DNA of 64,000 nucleotides, from positions 3,968,001 to 4,032,000 of the forward strand of contig OZ251459.1 of NCBI GenBank assembly GCA_965242525.1, written 5' to 3'. Position numbers and translations under genes: made by a program. Below the pieces are notes generated by a model. It had not been told where the DNA came from. It made no database searches and worked only from the letters and a program-made list of their open reading frames with translations. This DNA comes from an uncultured Candidatus Binatia bacterium. GTDB lineage: Bacteria; Desulfobacterota; Binatia; UBA9968; JAJDTQ01. Shown here in pieces: positions 49,011-58,609 of the stretch; the stretch's first letter is position 1, and each line of letters begins with the position of its first letter.

Positions 49011-49811
49011 ATGGTGACCTCCGGCTGGACGATCCCGTCCGCGCTGGCCGATTTCCGCAGCATCGAGAGCGCCTTGCGCGGCAGGCGGGCGGCGGTGTTC
49101 CTCGACTACGACGGCACCCTGACGCCCATCGTGGACACCCCCGAGCAGGCGGCGCTTTCCGACGAGATGCGGGACGCGCTCCGGGAGCTGGGCTGCGTCT
49201 GCAGCGCCGCCATCGTGAGCGGGCGCGCGCGCGAGGACGTGCAGGAACGGGTCCGGCTCGACCGGCTCTTCTACGCCGGCGCCCACGGCTTCGATATCGT
49301 CGGGCCCGCGGGTTCCGGCATCCGCCACGAGGTGGGACGGGAGGTCCTGCCGGTCATGGAGGCGCTGCACCGGCGGCTGCGCGCCGCCCTCGCCCATGTC
49401 CCCGGCCTGTTGCTGGAGACCAAGGGCTACTCCGTGGCGGTCCACTACCGGCTTGCGGACGAGGCCGCAGCGCCCGGGGTGGAGGCGGTGGTGGACGACC
49501 TGCTGAAGGACCAGAGCGCCCTGCGCAAGACCCGCGGGAAGAAGGTGTTCGAGATCCGGCCCCGGCTCGACTGGCACAAGGGCAGGGCGGTGGAGTGGAT
49601 CCTCGGCGCCCTGGGCCGAGGCCACGCCCCCGTATATCTCGGCGACGACGCCACGGACGAGGACGGCTTCCGGGCCGTGGCCGCGGCCGGGGCGGGCATC
49701 CTGGTGGCGGACCGGCCCCGCGCCACCGCCGCGGGCTACCGGCTGGAGGACCACCTGGAAGTGGGCCGTTTCCTCCGTCGTCTGGCCCGGACCCTCCATG
49801 CGCCCGCGTAG
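49011..49811 (+). CDS. otsB: Trehalose-6-phosphate phosphatase
   Basis: [42 protein letters not shown]. Confidence 0.9.
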   Translation: MVTSGWTIPSALADFRSIESALRGRRAAVFLDYDGTLTPIVDTPEQAALSDEMRDALRELGCVCSAAIVSGRAREDVQERVRLDRLFYAGAHGFDIVGPAGSGIRHEVGREVLPVMEALHRRLRAALAHVPGLLLETKGYSVAVHYRLADEAAAPGVEAVVDDLLKDQSALRKTRGKKVFEIRPRLDWHKGRAVEWILGALGRGHAPVYLGDDATDEDGFRAVAAAGAGILVADRPRATAAGYRLEDHLEVGRFLRRLARTLHAPA

Positions 49812-49871
49812 CCCGTCGGCGCCCATGCCTTCCGCCCGGCGTTCCCCCGGACGGACGCTCGCGGAACCCTG

Positions 49872-51104
49872 ATGGCGGACCCGCGCGAACTTTGGTGGAG
49901 CCGGCTCCGGGCCGCGGGAATGCCGGGGGTCCCGGAGGAGTTCTCGGTGACGTTCGCGCACCAGGAAATCCCCGCCCGGGCGCTGGCCGAGATCGACGAC
50001 TTCATCCGCGTCTTCGAGGACGTGACCACGAGACCCGCGTGGCGGGAGAACGTGATCCGCTGGTCCGGCCGCGGCCTGCCCGCGGCGCGGCCGGAGACCT
50101 GCTTCTTCAGCGCCTGGGACTTCCATCTGCCGCCGGACGGACCGTGGCAGGTCATCGAGTTCAACGACAACGGGTCCGGCCTGCTGTACGCCGGCCTCGT
50201 CAACGAGTCCTTCCACGACCTACTGGAGCCGTCCCGGAAGGCCGCCCTCGAAGCGCCGCCTTCGTCCGCGGAGCTGGGGCGGCGCGTCCGGCGGATGGTC
50301 CGGGGGGAGGCCGCGGCGTTCTTCGGGGCCGCGCCCGACGGAGTGTTCCTGGTCCTCGACGAGCCCGAATCCCTGGAGCGGGGCAAGTTCCTGGGCGAGA
50401 TGGAGATGCTGCGGGACCTCCTGGGCGAGGACGGCTGGACGGCGCGGGTGGGCTCCACCGCGGAGTTGCGCTGGAGCCGCGGGCGCCTGCTCCACGACGG
50501 GGCGCCGGTGTCGTTCGTCGTGAACCGTTCCACGGACTTCTTCCTGGAGAGAGAGGCCGCGGCCCCGCTGCGGCAGGCGTTCCTGGACGGCGGGACGTAC
50601 GTCGCGCCCAACCCCTTCACCTACGCCACCCGCAGCGACAAGCGGCTGCTGGAATACCTGTCGCTGCCCCGGTGGGACGAGACCCTCGGCATCGACGCCC
50701 GGGAGCGCGAGGTCCTGGGCCGGCACGTGCCCGAGACCCGCCTGCTCCGGCCCGACAACGTGGAGGCCCTGGCGGACCGCAAGGACGAGTTCGTGTTCAA
50801 GCCCGCCCACAGCCACGCCAGCCGGGGGTTCCTCCCCAGCGCGAAGGTGGGGCGTTCCCGGCTGCGGCGGCTGGTGCGGAAGGGGGAGGGTTACGTGGCC
50901 CAGCGGAAGGCGCCGCGCTCCCGGGCGTTCCTCGAAGACGGCTCGCAGGTGTGGGCGGACCTGCGCGTGTGGGCGTACCGGGGCGAGCGGGTGCTCCTCT
51001 CGGGGCGGTGCTCGGTGGACCCGGACTCGCTGGACCTGAGCCCCCCCGCGGGATGGCTCCCCACCTTCGCCGCCCGCTCCCGGCAGCCCGGCGACGGGAG
51101 TTGA
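49872..51104 (+). CDS. Circularly permuted ATP-grasp ligase-like protein (glutathione/glutathionylspermidine synthase-like)
   Basis: DFHL....WQVIEFNDNGSG, NRSTDF, PNPF.Y..RSDKRLL, FVFKP, YVAQ, DLRVWAY. Confidence 0.7.
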   Translation: MADPRELWWSRLRAAGMPGVPEEFSVTFAHQEIPARALAEIDDFIRVFEDVTTRPAWRENVIRWSGRGLPAARPETCFFSAWDFHLPPDGPWQVIEFNDNGSGLLYAGLVNESFHDLLEPSRKAALEAPPSSAELGRRVRRMVRGEAAAFFGAAPDGVFLVLDEPESLERGKFLGEMEMLRDLLGEDGWTARVGSTAELRWSRGRLLHDGAPVSFVVNRSTDFFLEREAAAPLRQAFLDGGTYVAPNPFTYATRSDKRLLEYLSLPRWDETLGIDAREREVLGRHVPETRLLRPDNVEALADRKDEFVFKPAHSHASRGFLPSAKVGRSRLRRLVRKGEGYVAQRKAPRSRAFLEDGSQVWADLRVWAYRGERVLLSGRCSVDPDSLDLSPPAGWLPTFAARSRQPGDGS

Positions 51105-51210
51105 CCGCCCCGCCGGCGTGTTCTACACGTTGGAGAATGTCCGAACCATCGGGACAGAGAGGATGGATTCCCTCGCCCCCGATGCGGGTCCCGGAACGGA
51201 GGAACGAGAC

Positions 51211-52914
51211 ATGATCGAAGTCAACGGGCTCACGGGGGCAGAGGCGTTGTTGCGCGTGCTGTCCGGCATGGGGGTGGAGCGGATCTTCGCGTCTCCGGGC
51301 TCGGAGTGGTCGCCGGTGTGGGAGGCGCTGGCCAAGCCGGACGAAAGCGCCCCGGCGTACCTGAGCTCCCGGCACGAAGAGGTGGCCCTGGCCATGGCCA
51401 GCGGCTACGCCAAGGCCACCGGCAAGCTCCCCGGGGTCATGATCCACACCACCGTGGGCGCGCTCCACGGCTCCATGGCGCTTCGCGGAGCGCTCCACGA
51501 GCAGGTGCCCATGGTGGTCTTCACCGGCGAGTCCATCGCCTACGGCGAGGACGACGGGCCCGACCCAGGCGGCCAATGGCTGCGCTTCCTCTCGGACGTG
51601 GGCGGCCCGGCGCGGCTGGTGGACCGTTGCGTGAAGTGGAGCTTCGGGGTCAACGACCGGCACATCCTGGTCTCCACTGTCCAGCGCGCCTGCCAGATGG
51701 CCATGAGCTCGCCCCGGGGTCCGGTGTTCGTGTCGCTGCCCATGGAGTACCTGTTCGACGAGGTGGTCCGGGAGACGCCCCTCAAGGCGTCCATGCCCTC
51801 CCTGCCGAGTCCCGACCCCAAGGGCATCGGCCAGTTGGCCGACCTGCTGCGGACGGCCGGGAACCCGGTCATCGTGAGCGAGAACGCCGGCAGGACCGCC
51901 GGCGTGGTCGAACGGATGGTGGAGCTGGCGGAGCTGCTCGACGCCCCGGTGGTGGAGACCCGGAGCAGCGGATACTTCAACTTCCCCCGGGACCACGAGC
52001 TGCACGGCGGCTTCGAGCCCGGGGAGTTCATGGCCGACGCGGACGCGGTCTGCCTCGTGGGCGCCACCCAGCCCTGGCATCCGGCGTCGGCGCCCGGGGC
52101 GCCGGGGGCCAAGGTGGCGGCGCTGGACGAGGACCCGCTGCACATGGATCTGCCCTACTGGGGGTTCCAGTTGGACCTGAGCATCGTGGGAGAGCTGGAA
52201 GCGTCCCTGACCGCGCTGCTGGAGCGGCTCCGCAAGGACGGCGCCAAGGGGAGCGCGGAACGGCGGGCGAGGGTGCGGGAGAAAGGCGCGGCGCGGCGGG
52301 CCGAGTGGGTCCGGCAGGCCCGGGGCCTGGAGTCCCGGGATCCCATCGACACCAACTGGGTCATGTACCAGCTCAACCGGGCCATCCCCGACGACGCGTA
52401 CCTGGTGGAGGAGACCATCACCCACCGCATGGCGGTGCACCAGTACCTGGACCGGGTGAGGCCCGGCAACTTCTTCAGCGGCTGCATCGGGGGCCTGGGC
52501 ACCGGCCTGGGCACGGCCCTCGGGGTCAAGGCGGCGCACCCGGACAAGCCGGTGGTGCTGGTCATCGGCGACGGCTCGTTCAACTACAACCCCGGCATCG
52601 CGGGCTTCGGTTTCGCCCAGGAGTTCCGCATGCCGCTGCTCGTCGTGCTCATGAACAACCACGGCTACAAGTCCATGAAGCGGGGCGTGCCGGCGTACTA
52701 TCCCGAAGGGTGGGCGGTGCGCGCCAACCAGTTCGTGGGCACGTCCATCGCGCCCGCGCCCGACTACGCGGCCATCGCCCGGGCCTTCGACGGCTTCGGC
52801 GAGCGCGTGCAGCGCCCGGACACGGTGGGACCGGCACTGGAGCGCGGCCTGCAGGCGGCCGGGGAAGGCCGGTTGGCGCTGGTGGACGTCTGGCTGGAGC
52901 CGGTCAACGACTGA
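51211..52914 (+). CDS. Thiamine pyrophosphate-dependent enzyme (acetolactate synthase/decarboxylase family)
   Basis: RHE..A..MASGYAKATG, PRGPVFVSLP, GDGSF...NN ThDP motif. Confidence 0.92.
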   Translation: MIEVNGLTGAEALLRVLSGMGVERIFASPGSEWSPVWEALAKPDESAPAYLSSRHEEVALAMASGYAKATGKLPGVMIHTTVGALHGSMALRGALHEQVPMVVFTGESIAYGEDDGPDPGGQWLRFLSDVGGPARLVDRCVKWSFGVNDRHILVSTVQRACQMAMSSPRGPVFVSLPMEYLFDEVVRETPLKASMPSLPSPDPKGIGQLADLLRTAGNPVIVSENAGRTAGVVERMVELAELLDAPVVETRSSGYFNFPRDHELHGGFEPGEFMADADAVCLVGATQPWHPASAPGAPGAKVAALDEDPLHMDLPYWGFQLDLSIVGELEASLTALLERLRKDGAKGSAERRARVREKGAARRAEWVRQARGLESRDPIDTNWVMYQLNRAIPDDAYLVEETITHRMAVHQYLDRVRPGNFFSGCIGGLGTGLGTALGVKAAHPDKPVVLVIGDGSFNYNPGIAGFGFAQEFRMPLLVVLMNNHGYKSMKRGVPAYYPEGWAVRANQFVGTSIAPAPDYAAIARAFDGFGERVQRPDTVGPALERGLQAAGEGRLALVDVWLEPVND

Positions 52915-53006
52915 CGCCCCCTTGCGGCCGCGGAAATGGCGCTTTCACCGCGGCGGACCTGGACGGGGTGATCGGATTCCCCCTCGCGGCCGCGGAAATG
53001 GCCTCG

Positions 53007-53040
53007 GGAACCTCTGGACCATCGAGACATCCGGGATGGG
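53007..53040. mobile_element. MITE end fragment
   Basis: GGAACCTCTGGACCATCGAGACATCCGGGATGG matches the start of the 11056 copy. Confidence 0.7.
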
Positions 53041-53089
53041 TTCGGCCGGTTGGCGCGAACGGGGAAGCCGCGGCCCGCGGCGCGGGACG

Positions 53090-54199
53090 GTGAGGCTCCA
53101 GGACCGGTATTCCGGGCTGGACCGGTTCCTGCATCGGCTGGCCTTCGGCGCGGTCGGGCTGCAGAAGGCCCTGGGCGACGTGGAGGACCGCCTCTACGCC
53201 GGGCGCTTGAGGGCCGTCGAGGTCCGCCGCCCGGTGTTCGTCACCGCCCTGCCGCGGGCGGGCACCACCCTGCTGCTGGAGCTGCTCGCCTCCCTGGGCG
53301 GGTTCGCCGCCCATACCTACCGGAACATGCCGTTCGTGCTGCTGCCGCTGCTGTGGCGCGCCCTGTGGTCCCGCTTCCACGTCCCCGGCGCGGTGGTCGA
53401 GCGGGCCCACGGCGACGGCGTGGCCGTGGGCCCGGACAGCCCCGAGGCGTTCGAGGAAGTCGTATGGCGCGCCTTCTGGCCGGAGAAGTACCTGCAAGAC
53501 CGTCTGGTCACGTGGACCGCGGCGGACCGGGACACCGCCGGGGACTTCGAGGCGTTCTTCCGTTCCCACGTGGCGAAGATCATCGCGTTGCAGGGGTTCC
53601 GGGAGCCCGCGGCCCCGCCGCGGGAAACCGTCCGCTACCTGTCGAAGAACAACGCCAACGTCTCCCGCATCCCCAAGCTTCTGGGGTTGTTCCCGGACGC
53701 CGTGGTCCTGGTCCCCTTCCGCAACCCCCTCGACCACGCGGCTTCCCTGCTGCGCCAGCACCTGCGTTTCCGGCAGGTGCACGCGGCCGAGCCCTTCACC
53801 CGGCGCTACATGGCGGACCTGGGCCACCTGGAGTTCGGCGCGAACCTTCGCCCCGTGGATTTCGACGGCTGGCTGCGGGACGACGACCTGGAACGCGCCC
53901 ATACCGCGGACTTCTGGCTACGGTACTGGTGCGCGGCCTACGGCCACGTCCTGGCCCATGCCGGCGGCCGCGCGGCCTTCGTGGACTACGATGCGCTATG
54001 CGCGGACCCGGCCCGGGTCCTTCGCAAGGTCGCCGCCGCCACCGGCGTCACCGGAGCGGCCGGCGCGGCGCTGGAGGCCGCGGCGCACCGGCTCCGCGCG
54101 CCCACCCGCTATCCGGCCGCTCCCGCGGTCGATCCGCGCATCCTCGACGAGGCCTCGGCGCTCCACCGGGAACTGCGGACCCGTTCGTCCGCGGGTTGA
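53090..54199 (+). CDS. Sulfotransferase family protein
   Basis: PVFVTALPRAGTTLL 5'-PSB loop, YLSKNN, FRNPLDHAASL. Confidence 0.88.
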   Translation: MRLQDRYSGLDRFLHRLAFGAVGLQKALGDVEDRLYAGRLRAVEVRRPVFVTALPRAGTTLLLELLASLGGFAAHTYRNMPFVLLPLLWRALWSRFHVPGAVVERAHGDGVAVGPDSPEAFEEVVWRAFWPEKYLQDRLVTWTAADRDTAGDFEAFFRSHVAKIIALQGFREPAAPPRETVRYLSKNNANVSRIPKLLGLFPDAVVLVPFRNPLDHAASLLRQHLRFRQVHAAEPFTRRYMADLGHLEFGANLRPVDFDGWLRDDDLERAHTADFWLRYWCAAYGHVLAHAGGRAAFVDYDALCADPARVLRKVAAATGVTGAAGAALEAAAHRLRAPTRYPAAPAVDPRILDEASALHRELRTRSSAG

Positions 54200-54320
54200 C
54201 GAAACCTCCGAACCATCAGGACAGGGGGCGTGAGCGCGTCCTTCGACTTCGCTTGCGCTACGCTCAGGAGAACGGAGGTCTCCGCTACACTACGCTCAGG
54301 ACGAACGGGGATAGGGGCGG
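54200..54320. mobile_element. Partial MITE with two REP A units between convergent genes
   Basis: GAAACCTCCGAACCATC end and GTCCTTCGACTTCGC...CTACGCTCAGGACGAACGGGGATAGGGGC. Confidence 0.72.
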
Positions 54321-54337
54321 GGAGCGCGGGGCGCGGC

Positions 54338-55102
54338 TCAACCGGGCCTGCGCGTCCTGAGTTTCAGGTGGTGCAAGGCGTACGCGGCGAATATCCGCAA
54401 GGCCTGGACCCGGGGGATGCGCTCCACTTCGCGAAGGAGTTTCCACGAGTACAACGCCGCGGCGAGCTTGTTGGCGGAGAGGGAGCCGCGGCGCACGCGG
54501 TAGGAGACCAGAGGCTCGTTGACGCCCACCGCGGTCCTCTGCCCGGTGCGCAGCAATTCGAGCCAGTAGCCGTGGTCGTGGTTGAGCCTGATGAGCGGCA
54601 TCCGGACGGCGCCGCAGGTGGCCTTCCGCACCATTGCGGTGGAGCACGCGATGGGGTTGCGCCCGAGGATCGTATGGTACTGCACGGTGGCGGGCACGGG
54701 GACGACGGTGACGCGCCGCCGTTCCTCGCGCCTGCGTTCGTAGCCGGTGTAGCAGATGTCCGCCCGGCAGCCTTCCATGGCGGCGACCTGCTTCTCGGTC
54801 TTCTCGGGACGCCAGACGTCGTCGCTGTCGATGAACGCGATCATCTCGCCGCGGGCGTGGTCGAGCCCCACGTTGCGCGCGTAGGCGGGCCCCCGGTTGG
54901 CTTTCTGCGGCAGCAGGCGGATGCGGGGGTCCCGCCGTTGCCGCGCCGCGGCGACCGCGGCGGTGCCGTCGGTGGAGCCGTCATCGACCACGATCAGCTC
55001 CAGGTCCTCCACGGTCTGGGCCATGACCGAGTCCATGGACTCGGCGATGTAGCGCTCAGCGTTGAAGCTGGGCATGACGACGGACACGAGGGGAAGCGGC
55101 AT
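54338..55102 (-). CDS. Glycosyltransferase family 2 (TuaG-like)
   Basis: VSVVMPSFN, VDDGSTD, ARN, FIDSDD.W. Confidence 0.92.
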   Translation of the reverse strand: MPLPLVSVVMPSFNAERYIAESMDSVMAQTVEDLELIVVDDGSTDGTAAVAAARQRRDPRIRLLPQKANRGPAYARNVGLDHARGEMIAFIDSDDVWRPEKTEKQVAAMEGCRADICYTGYERRREERRRVTVVPVPATVQYHTILGRNPIACSTAMVRKATCGAVRMPLIRLNHDHGYWLELLRTGQRTAVGVNEPLVSYRVRRGSLSANKLAAALYSWKLLREVERIPRVQALRIFAAYALHHLKLRTRRPG

Positions 55103-55204
55103 GGGTCTGCCGCATGATGCCACGTCCCGCCGCCGGCCGCCACGTCCGGTTTCATTTATGATTCGACGTTCCCATGTGTTAGAACGGGGTGGAGCGCCCC
55201 TACC

Positions 55205-56743
55205 ATGATGCAGGTTGTCCACCAGACGGCGTCCGCGCCGTTTCCCAGGCCGACGGACGTCCCGTACAACGACTGGCGTCGGGTGGCGCTGCCGGCCCCG
55301 GAGGCGTTCACGCCCTCCCTGCCGGTCAGCGTGATCGTGCCGTGCTACCAGGTTCCGGCCGCCACCATCTCCATGACCCTGGCGGCGCTCGAAGGCCAGA
55401 CCTACCCGCGGGACCTGTTCGAGGTGGTGCTGGTGGACGACGGGTCCGAGCCGCCCCTGGCCCGGCCCCGCTCTCCGCTGAACGTCAGGGTCGTGCGCCA
55501 GGAGCGCCGGGGGTTCGGCATCGCCCGGGCGCGCAACACCGGCGTCGAGGCCGCGGCCCACGGCATCGTGCTCTTCCTCGACGCGGACATGCTGGCGGAG
55601 GCGGACTGGATGGCCGCCCACGCCCGTTGGCACCACGCCGTGTCCGACGTCCTGACCGTGGGGCTCCTCGCTTACGTGTCGGTGGACGGCATCGACGCGG
55701 AGCGGATACGGCGCCGCCCGGGAACCCTGGAGTCGTTGTGGTCCGGCCGGCCCGTGGACCCGTCCGACGAGGTCGAAGCCCACTTGGTCAGGACCGGCGA
55801 CCTGACCTCCCGGGCCGACGATCTCTTCTGGGTGGTGCGGGGCGGGAATTTCGGGATCGGCAAGGACTTCTACGGGCTGGTGGGCGGGAACGACGAGTCG
55901 TTCGCCCGGTGGGGCATGGAGGAGGCGGACCTCGCCTACCGGGCCCATGCCTACGGGGGGTTGCTGGCGCCGGTGCGGGAAGCCTTTGCCTGGCACCAGG
56001 GACGCCGCGGGGAGGGCAGGGAGGCCAAGGAGCGGAGCCTCCGGCTCCAGTACGCCAAGGCCGCCCATCGGATCCCCCACCGGGGTCTGCGCGGCAACCG
56101 CCCCGGCCGCATCTTCAGCGTGCCCCGGCACGTGGTGAGCGTCCCCGCGGACCGCGTCCCCGCGGACCGCGTCATCGAGACCGTGCTGGACGTCCTGGCC
56201 GACCGGGAGCACGACCTGGTGGTGCGGGTCGAGACGCTGGCGGACCGCGGCGAGGGGCCGGAGTTGCTCCGCGAGACCTTCGGTCCGGACCCGCGGGTGC
56301 GCGTGGGTTCCCCGGGATCGGCTCTGGACGAGTTCCCGACGGCGCCGTTCCACGTGGCGCTCCCCGCGGCCGCGGCCTTCCCCCGGGACTTGGTGTCGCG
56401 CCTGCGCGCCGGTCTGGGGGACGCGGCCACCGCCCATGCAGTGCTCCCCGACGGCGACCGGGTGTCCATCACCCGGACCTGGGCGCTCCATCGGGCGCGC
56501 CGGTGGTCGGCTCGTCCCTCGGACTTCGGCGAGGAACGGACGCTCTCGGCCGCGGCGTTGGGACTCGGCCGCCGGAGCGCAGGCCGCGGCGGCCGGCGGC
56601 GCGCGGTGGAGCCCGCGGGCTATCCCGCCCCATGGGAGCGCCTGCTGGACCGGGCCCGGCGCGTCCGCGGCCCGAAGGACGCCTGGGCGTTCTCCAAGTG
56701 GCTGGGGTTCCGGTCCGTCCGTTGGGTCGCCTGGCGGCGGTAG
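55205..56743 (+). CDS. Glycosyltransferase family 2 with C-terminal extension
   Basis: VSVIVP, VDDGS, ARARN, FLDAD, WGMEE.DLAYR. Confidence 0.9.
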   Translation: MMQVVHQTASAPFPRPTDVPYNDWRRVALPAPEAFTPSLPVSVIVPCYQVPAATISMTLAALEGQTYPRDLFEVVLVDDGSEPPLARPRSPLNVRVVRQERRGFGIARARNTGVEAAAHGIVLFLDADMLAEADWMAAHARWHHAVSDVLTVGLLAYVSVDGIDAERIRRRPGTLESLWSGRPVDPSDEVEAHLVRTGDLTSRADDLFWVVRGGNFGIGKDFYGLVGGNDESFARWGMEEADLAYRAHAYGGLLAPVREAFAWHQGRRGEGREAKERSLRLQYAKAAHRIPHRGLRGNRPGRIFSVPRHVVSVPADRVPADRVIETVLDVLADREHDLVVRVETLADRGEGPELLRETFGPDPRVRVGSPGSALDEFPTAPFHVALPAAAAFPRDLVSRLRAGLGDAATAHAVLPDGDRVSITRTWALHRARRWSARPSDFGEERTLSAAALGLGRRSAGRGGRRRAVEPAGYPAPWERLLDRARRVRGPKDAWAFSKWLGFRSVRWVAWRR

Positions 56744-56791
56744 GCGTCGCCCCGGCGAGACCGGCCATGCCTCGCGGTAGATCCCCGCATG

Positions 56792-56954
56792 GGAGCTTCT
56801 GGACCATCGAGACATCCGGGATGGATTCCCTCACCCTGACCCTCCTGTCCCCCTTCGTCCTCGTCTCCGTTGGTCCCGGGCGTAGCGAAACGGGGTCGAA
56901 GGACGCGAAGCGGAGTCGAAGGACGGGACCCCGAGACCGTCGCGGAACGTTGCC
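56792..56954. mobile_element. Degenerate MITE
   Basis: GGAGCTTCTGGACCATCGAGACATCCGGGATGGATTCCC start; GTCGAAGGACG units. Confidence 0.65.
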
Positions 56955-58529
56955 GTGAACCCGCAGCCCAACACGGTCTGGTACAACGACTGGCGCCAGG
57001 TGGACGTGGAGCCGCCGGAAGCTTTCACTCCCACCCTGCCGGTGAGCGTCATCGTCTCCTACTATGACGCCCCGGAAGCCCTGGCGCTGACCCTTGCGTC
57101 CCTGGAAGGGCAGAGTTACCCGCGGGACCTGTTCGAGGTGGTGGTGGTGGACGACGGCTCGCCCACCCCGTTGGCTCCGCCATCGACGCCCTTCCACCTG
57201 AAGGTGGTGCGCCAGGAGGACCGGGGGTTCGGGTTGGCCAGGGGGCGGAACGCAGGCGCCCGGGCCGCCGCCCACGACATCCTCCTCTTCCTCGACGGCG
57301 ACCTGCTCGCGGAGTCGGGCTGGATCGCGGCCCACGCCCGCTGGCACCACGCGGTGGCCGACGCGGTGAGCGTGGGCTTCTACCCCAACGCGGATGTGGC
57401 CGGGCTGGACCCCGAGACCGTCCGGCGCCGCCCCGGGTCGCTGGAAGAGTTGCTTGCGGACCGTCCGACGGAGCCGCCCTGGCTGGAGCGGCACATGAGG
57501 ATGACCGGTTACATGACGTCCCGGGACGACGACCTGTTCCGGATGGTGGGCGGCGGAAACTGCGGCGTCCGCAGGCGGTTCTACGACTTGGTGGGGGGCT
57601 GCGACGAGTCCTTCGCGGGATGGGGGGGAGAGGACGTGGAGTTCGCCTACCGCGCCTACACCCGCGGCGGCCTGCTGGCGCCGGCCCCCGACGCCGTCGC
57701 CTGGCACCAAGGCCTCCTGGGAGGGAACTGGGAAGCCAAGTGGAAGGGCGGCGAAGTCCAGCACGCCAAGGCGGCGCACCTCATCGCCCATCCCGGTTTC
57801 CGCTGCGCCTCCCCGGGTCGAACCTTCACGGTGCCGCAGTACGTGGTGAGCATACCCCGGGACGGCGCGCCGGCCCACCGGGTCTTCGAGGCGGCCGCGC
57901 AGGTCCTGGCCGACCGGGTGCACGACCTGGTGGTGAGGGTCGAGACCCGGGAGGACGACGAGGGGTCCGCGTGGCTGCGCGAGCAGTTGGGTCCGGACCC
58001 GAGGGTGCGCATGGCGTCCGCGGGGTCCGCCCTCGACGAGTTTCCGGTGGCGTCGTTCCACGTCACGCTTCCGGCCACGGTCTCGTTCTCCGTGGACCTG
58101 GTGCATCGGCTGAGGGAAGGGTTGGGGGACGCGGTGGCCGCGGGTTCGGCGCTTCCCGACGGCCGCGCGGTGTCCATCACCCGCACCTGGGCGCTCCACC
58201 GGGCGCGCCGCACGGGGAAGCGGGTCGCCGACTTCGGCCGCGTGGTGGCCGCGCCGCCCGGGCGGCTCGGCCTCTCGACTCGCGGCCGGTGGGTGGTGGA
58301 TGGCCCGGCGGTCCGCATGAACTCGTGGAACCACCGCTCCAGGACGGAGTGGCTGCGTGTGGAGGCCCGGAGCATCGACGGTCCCCGGGGCGCGTGGCGC
58401 TTCCTCGAGTGGCTGGTCCTCGGCTCGCTCCGGGTGGCGGGCCGGTGGGGTCGGAGTCGGGGCGCGGCGCTCCTCGCCAAACGGACACGGGCCAAGGAAA
58501 CCCTGAACGATTGCTCCCGTTCGTCCTGA
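56955..58529 (+). CDS. Glycosyltransferase family 2, tandem paralog of 55205-56743; C-terminus altered by MITE
   Basis: Shares YNDWR, LEGQ.YPRDLFEVV.VDDGS, AHARWHHAV, SITRTWALHRARR with upstream gene. Confidence 0.9.
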   Translation: MNPQPNTVWYNDWRQVDVEPPEAFTPTLPVSVIVSYYDAPEALALTLASLEGQSYPRDLFEVVVVDDGSPTPLAPPSTPFHLKVVRQEDRGFGLARGRNAGARAAAHDILLFLDGDLLAESGWIAAHARWHHAVADAVSVGFYPNADVAGLDPETVRRRPGSLEELLADRPTEPPWLERHMRMTGYMTSRDDDLFRMVGGGNCGVRRRFYDLVGGCDESFAGWGGEDVEFAYRAYTRGGLLAPAPDAVAWHQGLLGGNWEAKWKGGEVQHAKAAHLIAHPGFRCASPGRTFTVPQYVVSIPRDGAPAHRVFEAAAQVLADRVHDLVVRVETREDDEGSAWLREQLGPDPRVRMASAGSALDEFPVASFHVTLPATVSFSVDLVHRLREGLGDAVAAGSALPDGRAVSITRTWALHRARRTGKRVADFGRVVAAPPGRLGLSTRGRWVVDGPAVRMNSWNHRSRTEWLRVEARSIDGPRGAWRFLEWLVLGSLRVAGRWGRSRGAALLAKRTRAKETLNDCSRSS

Positions 58530-58600
58530 GCGTAGCGAAGTCGAAGGACATGTTTTCCCACAGGGAGAGGGAGTTCGAGTCGGAATCGACCAGAGGTTCC
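58496..58600. mobile_element. MITE, short form (105 bp), inserted in the last codons of a GT2 gene
   Basis: GGAAACCCTGAACGATT ... CAGAGGTTCC; CCAA duplicated on both sides. Confidence 0.88.
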
Positions 58601-58609
58601 CCAAGCCGG

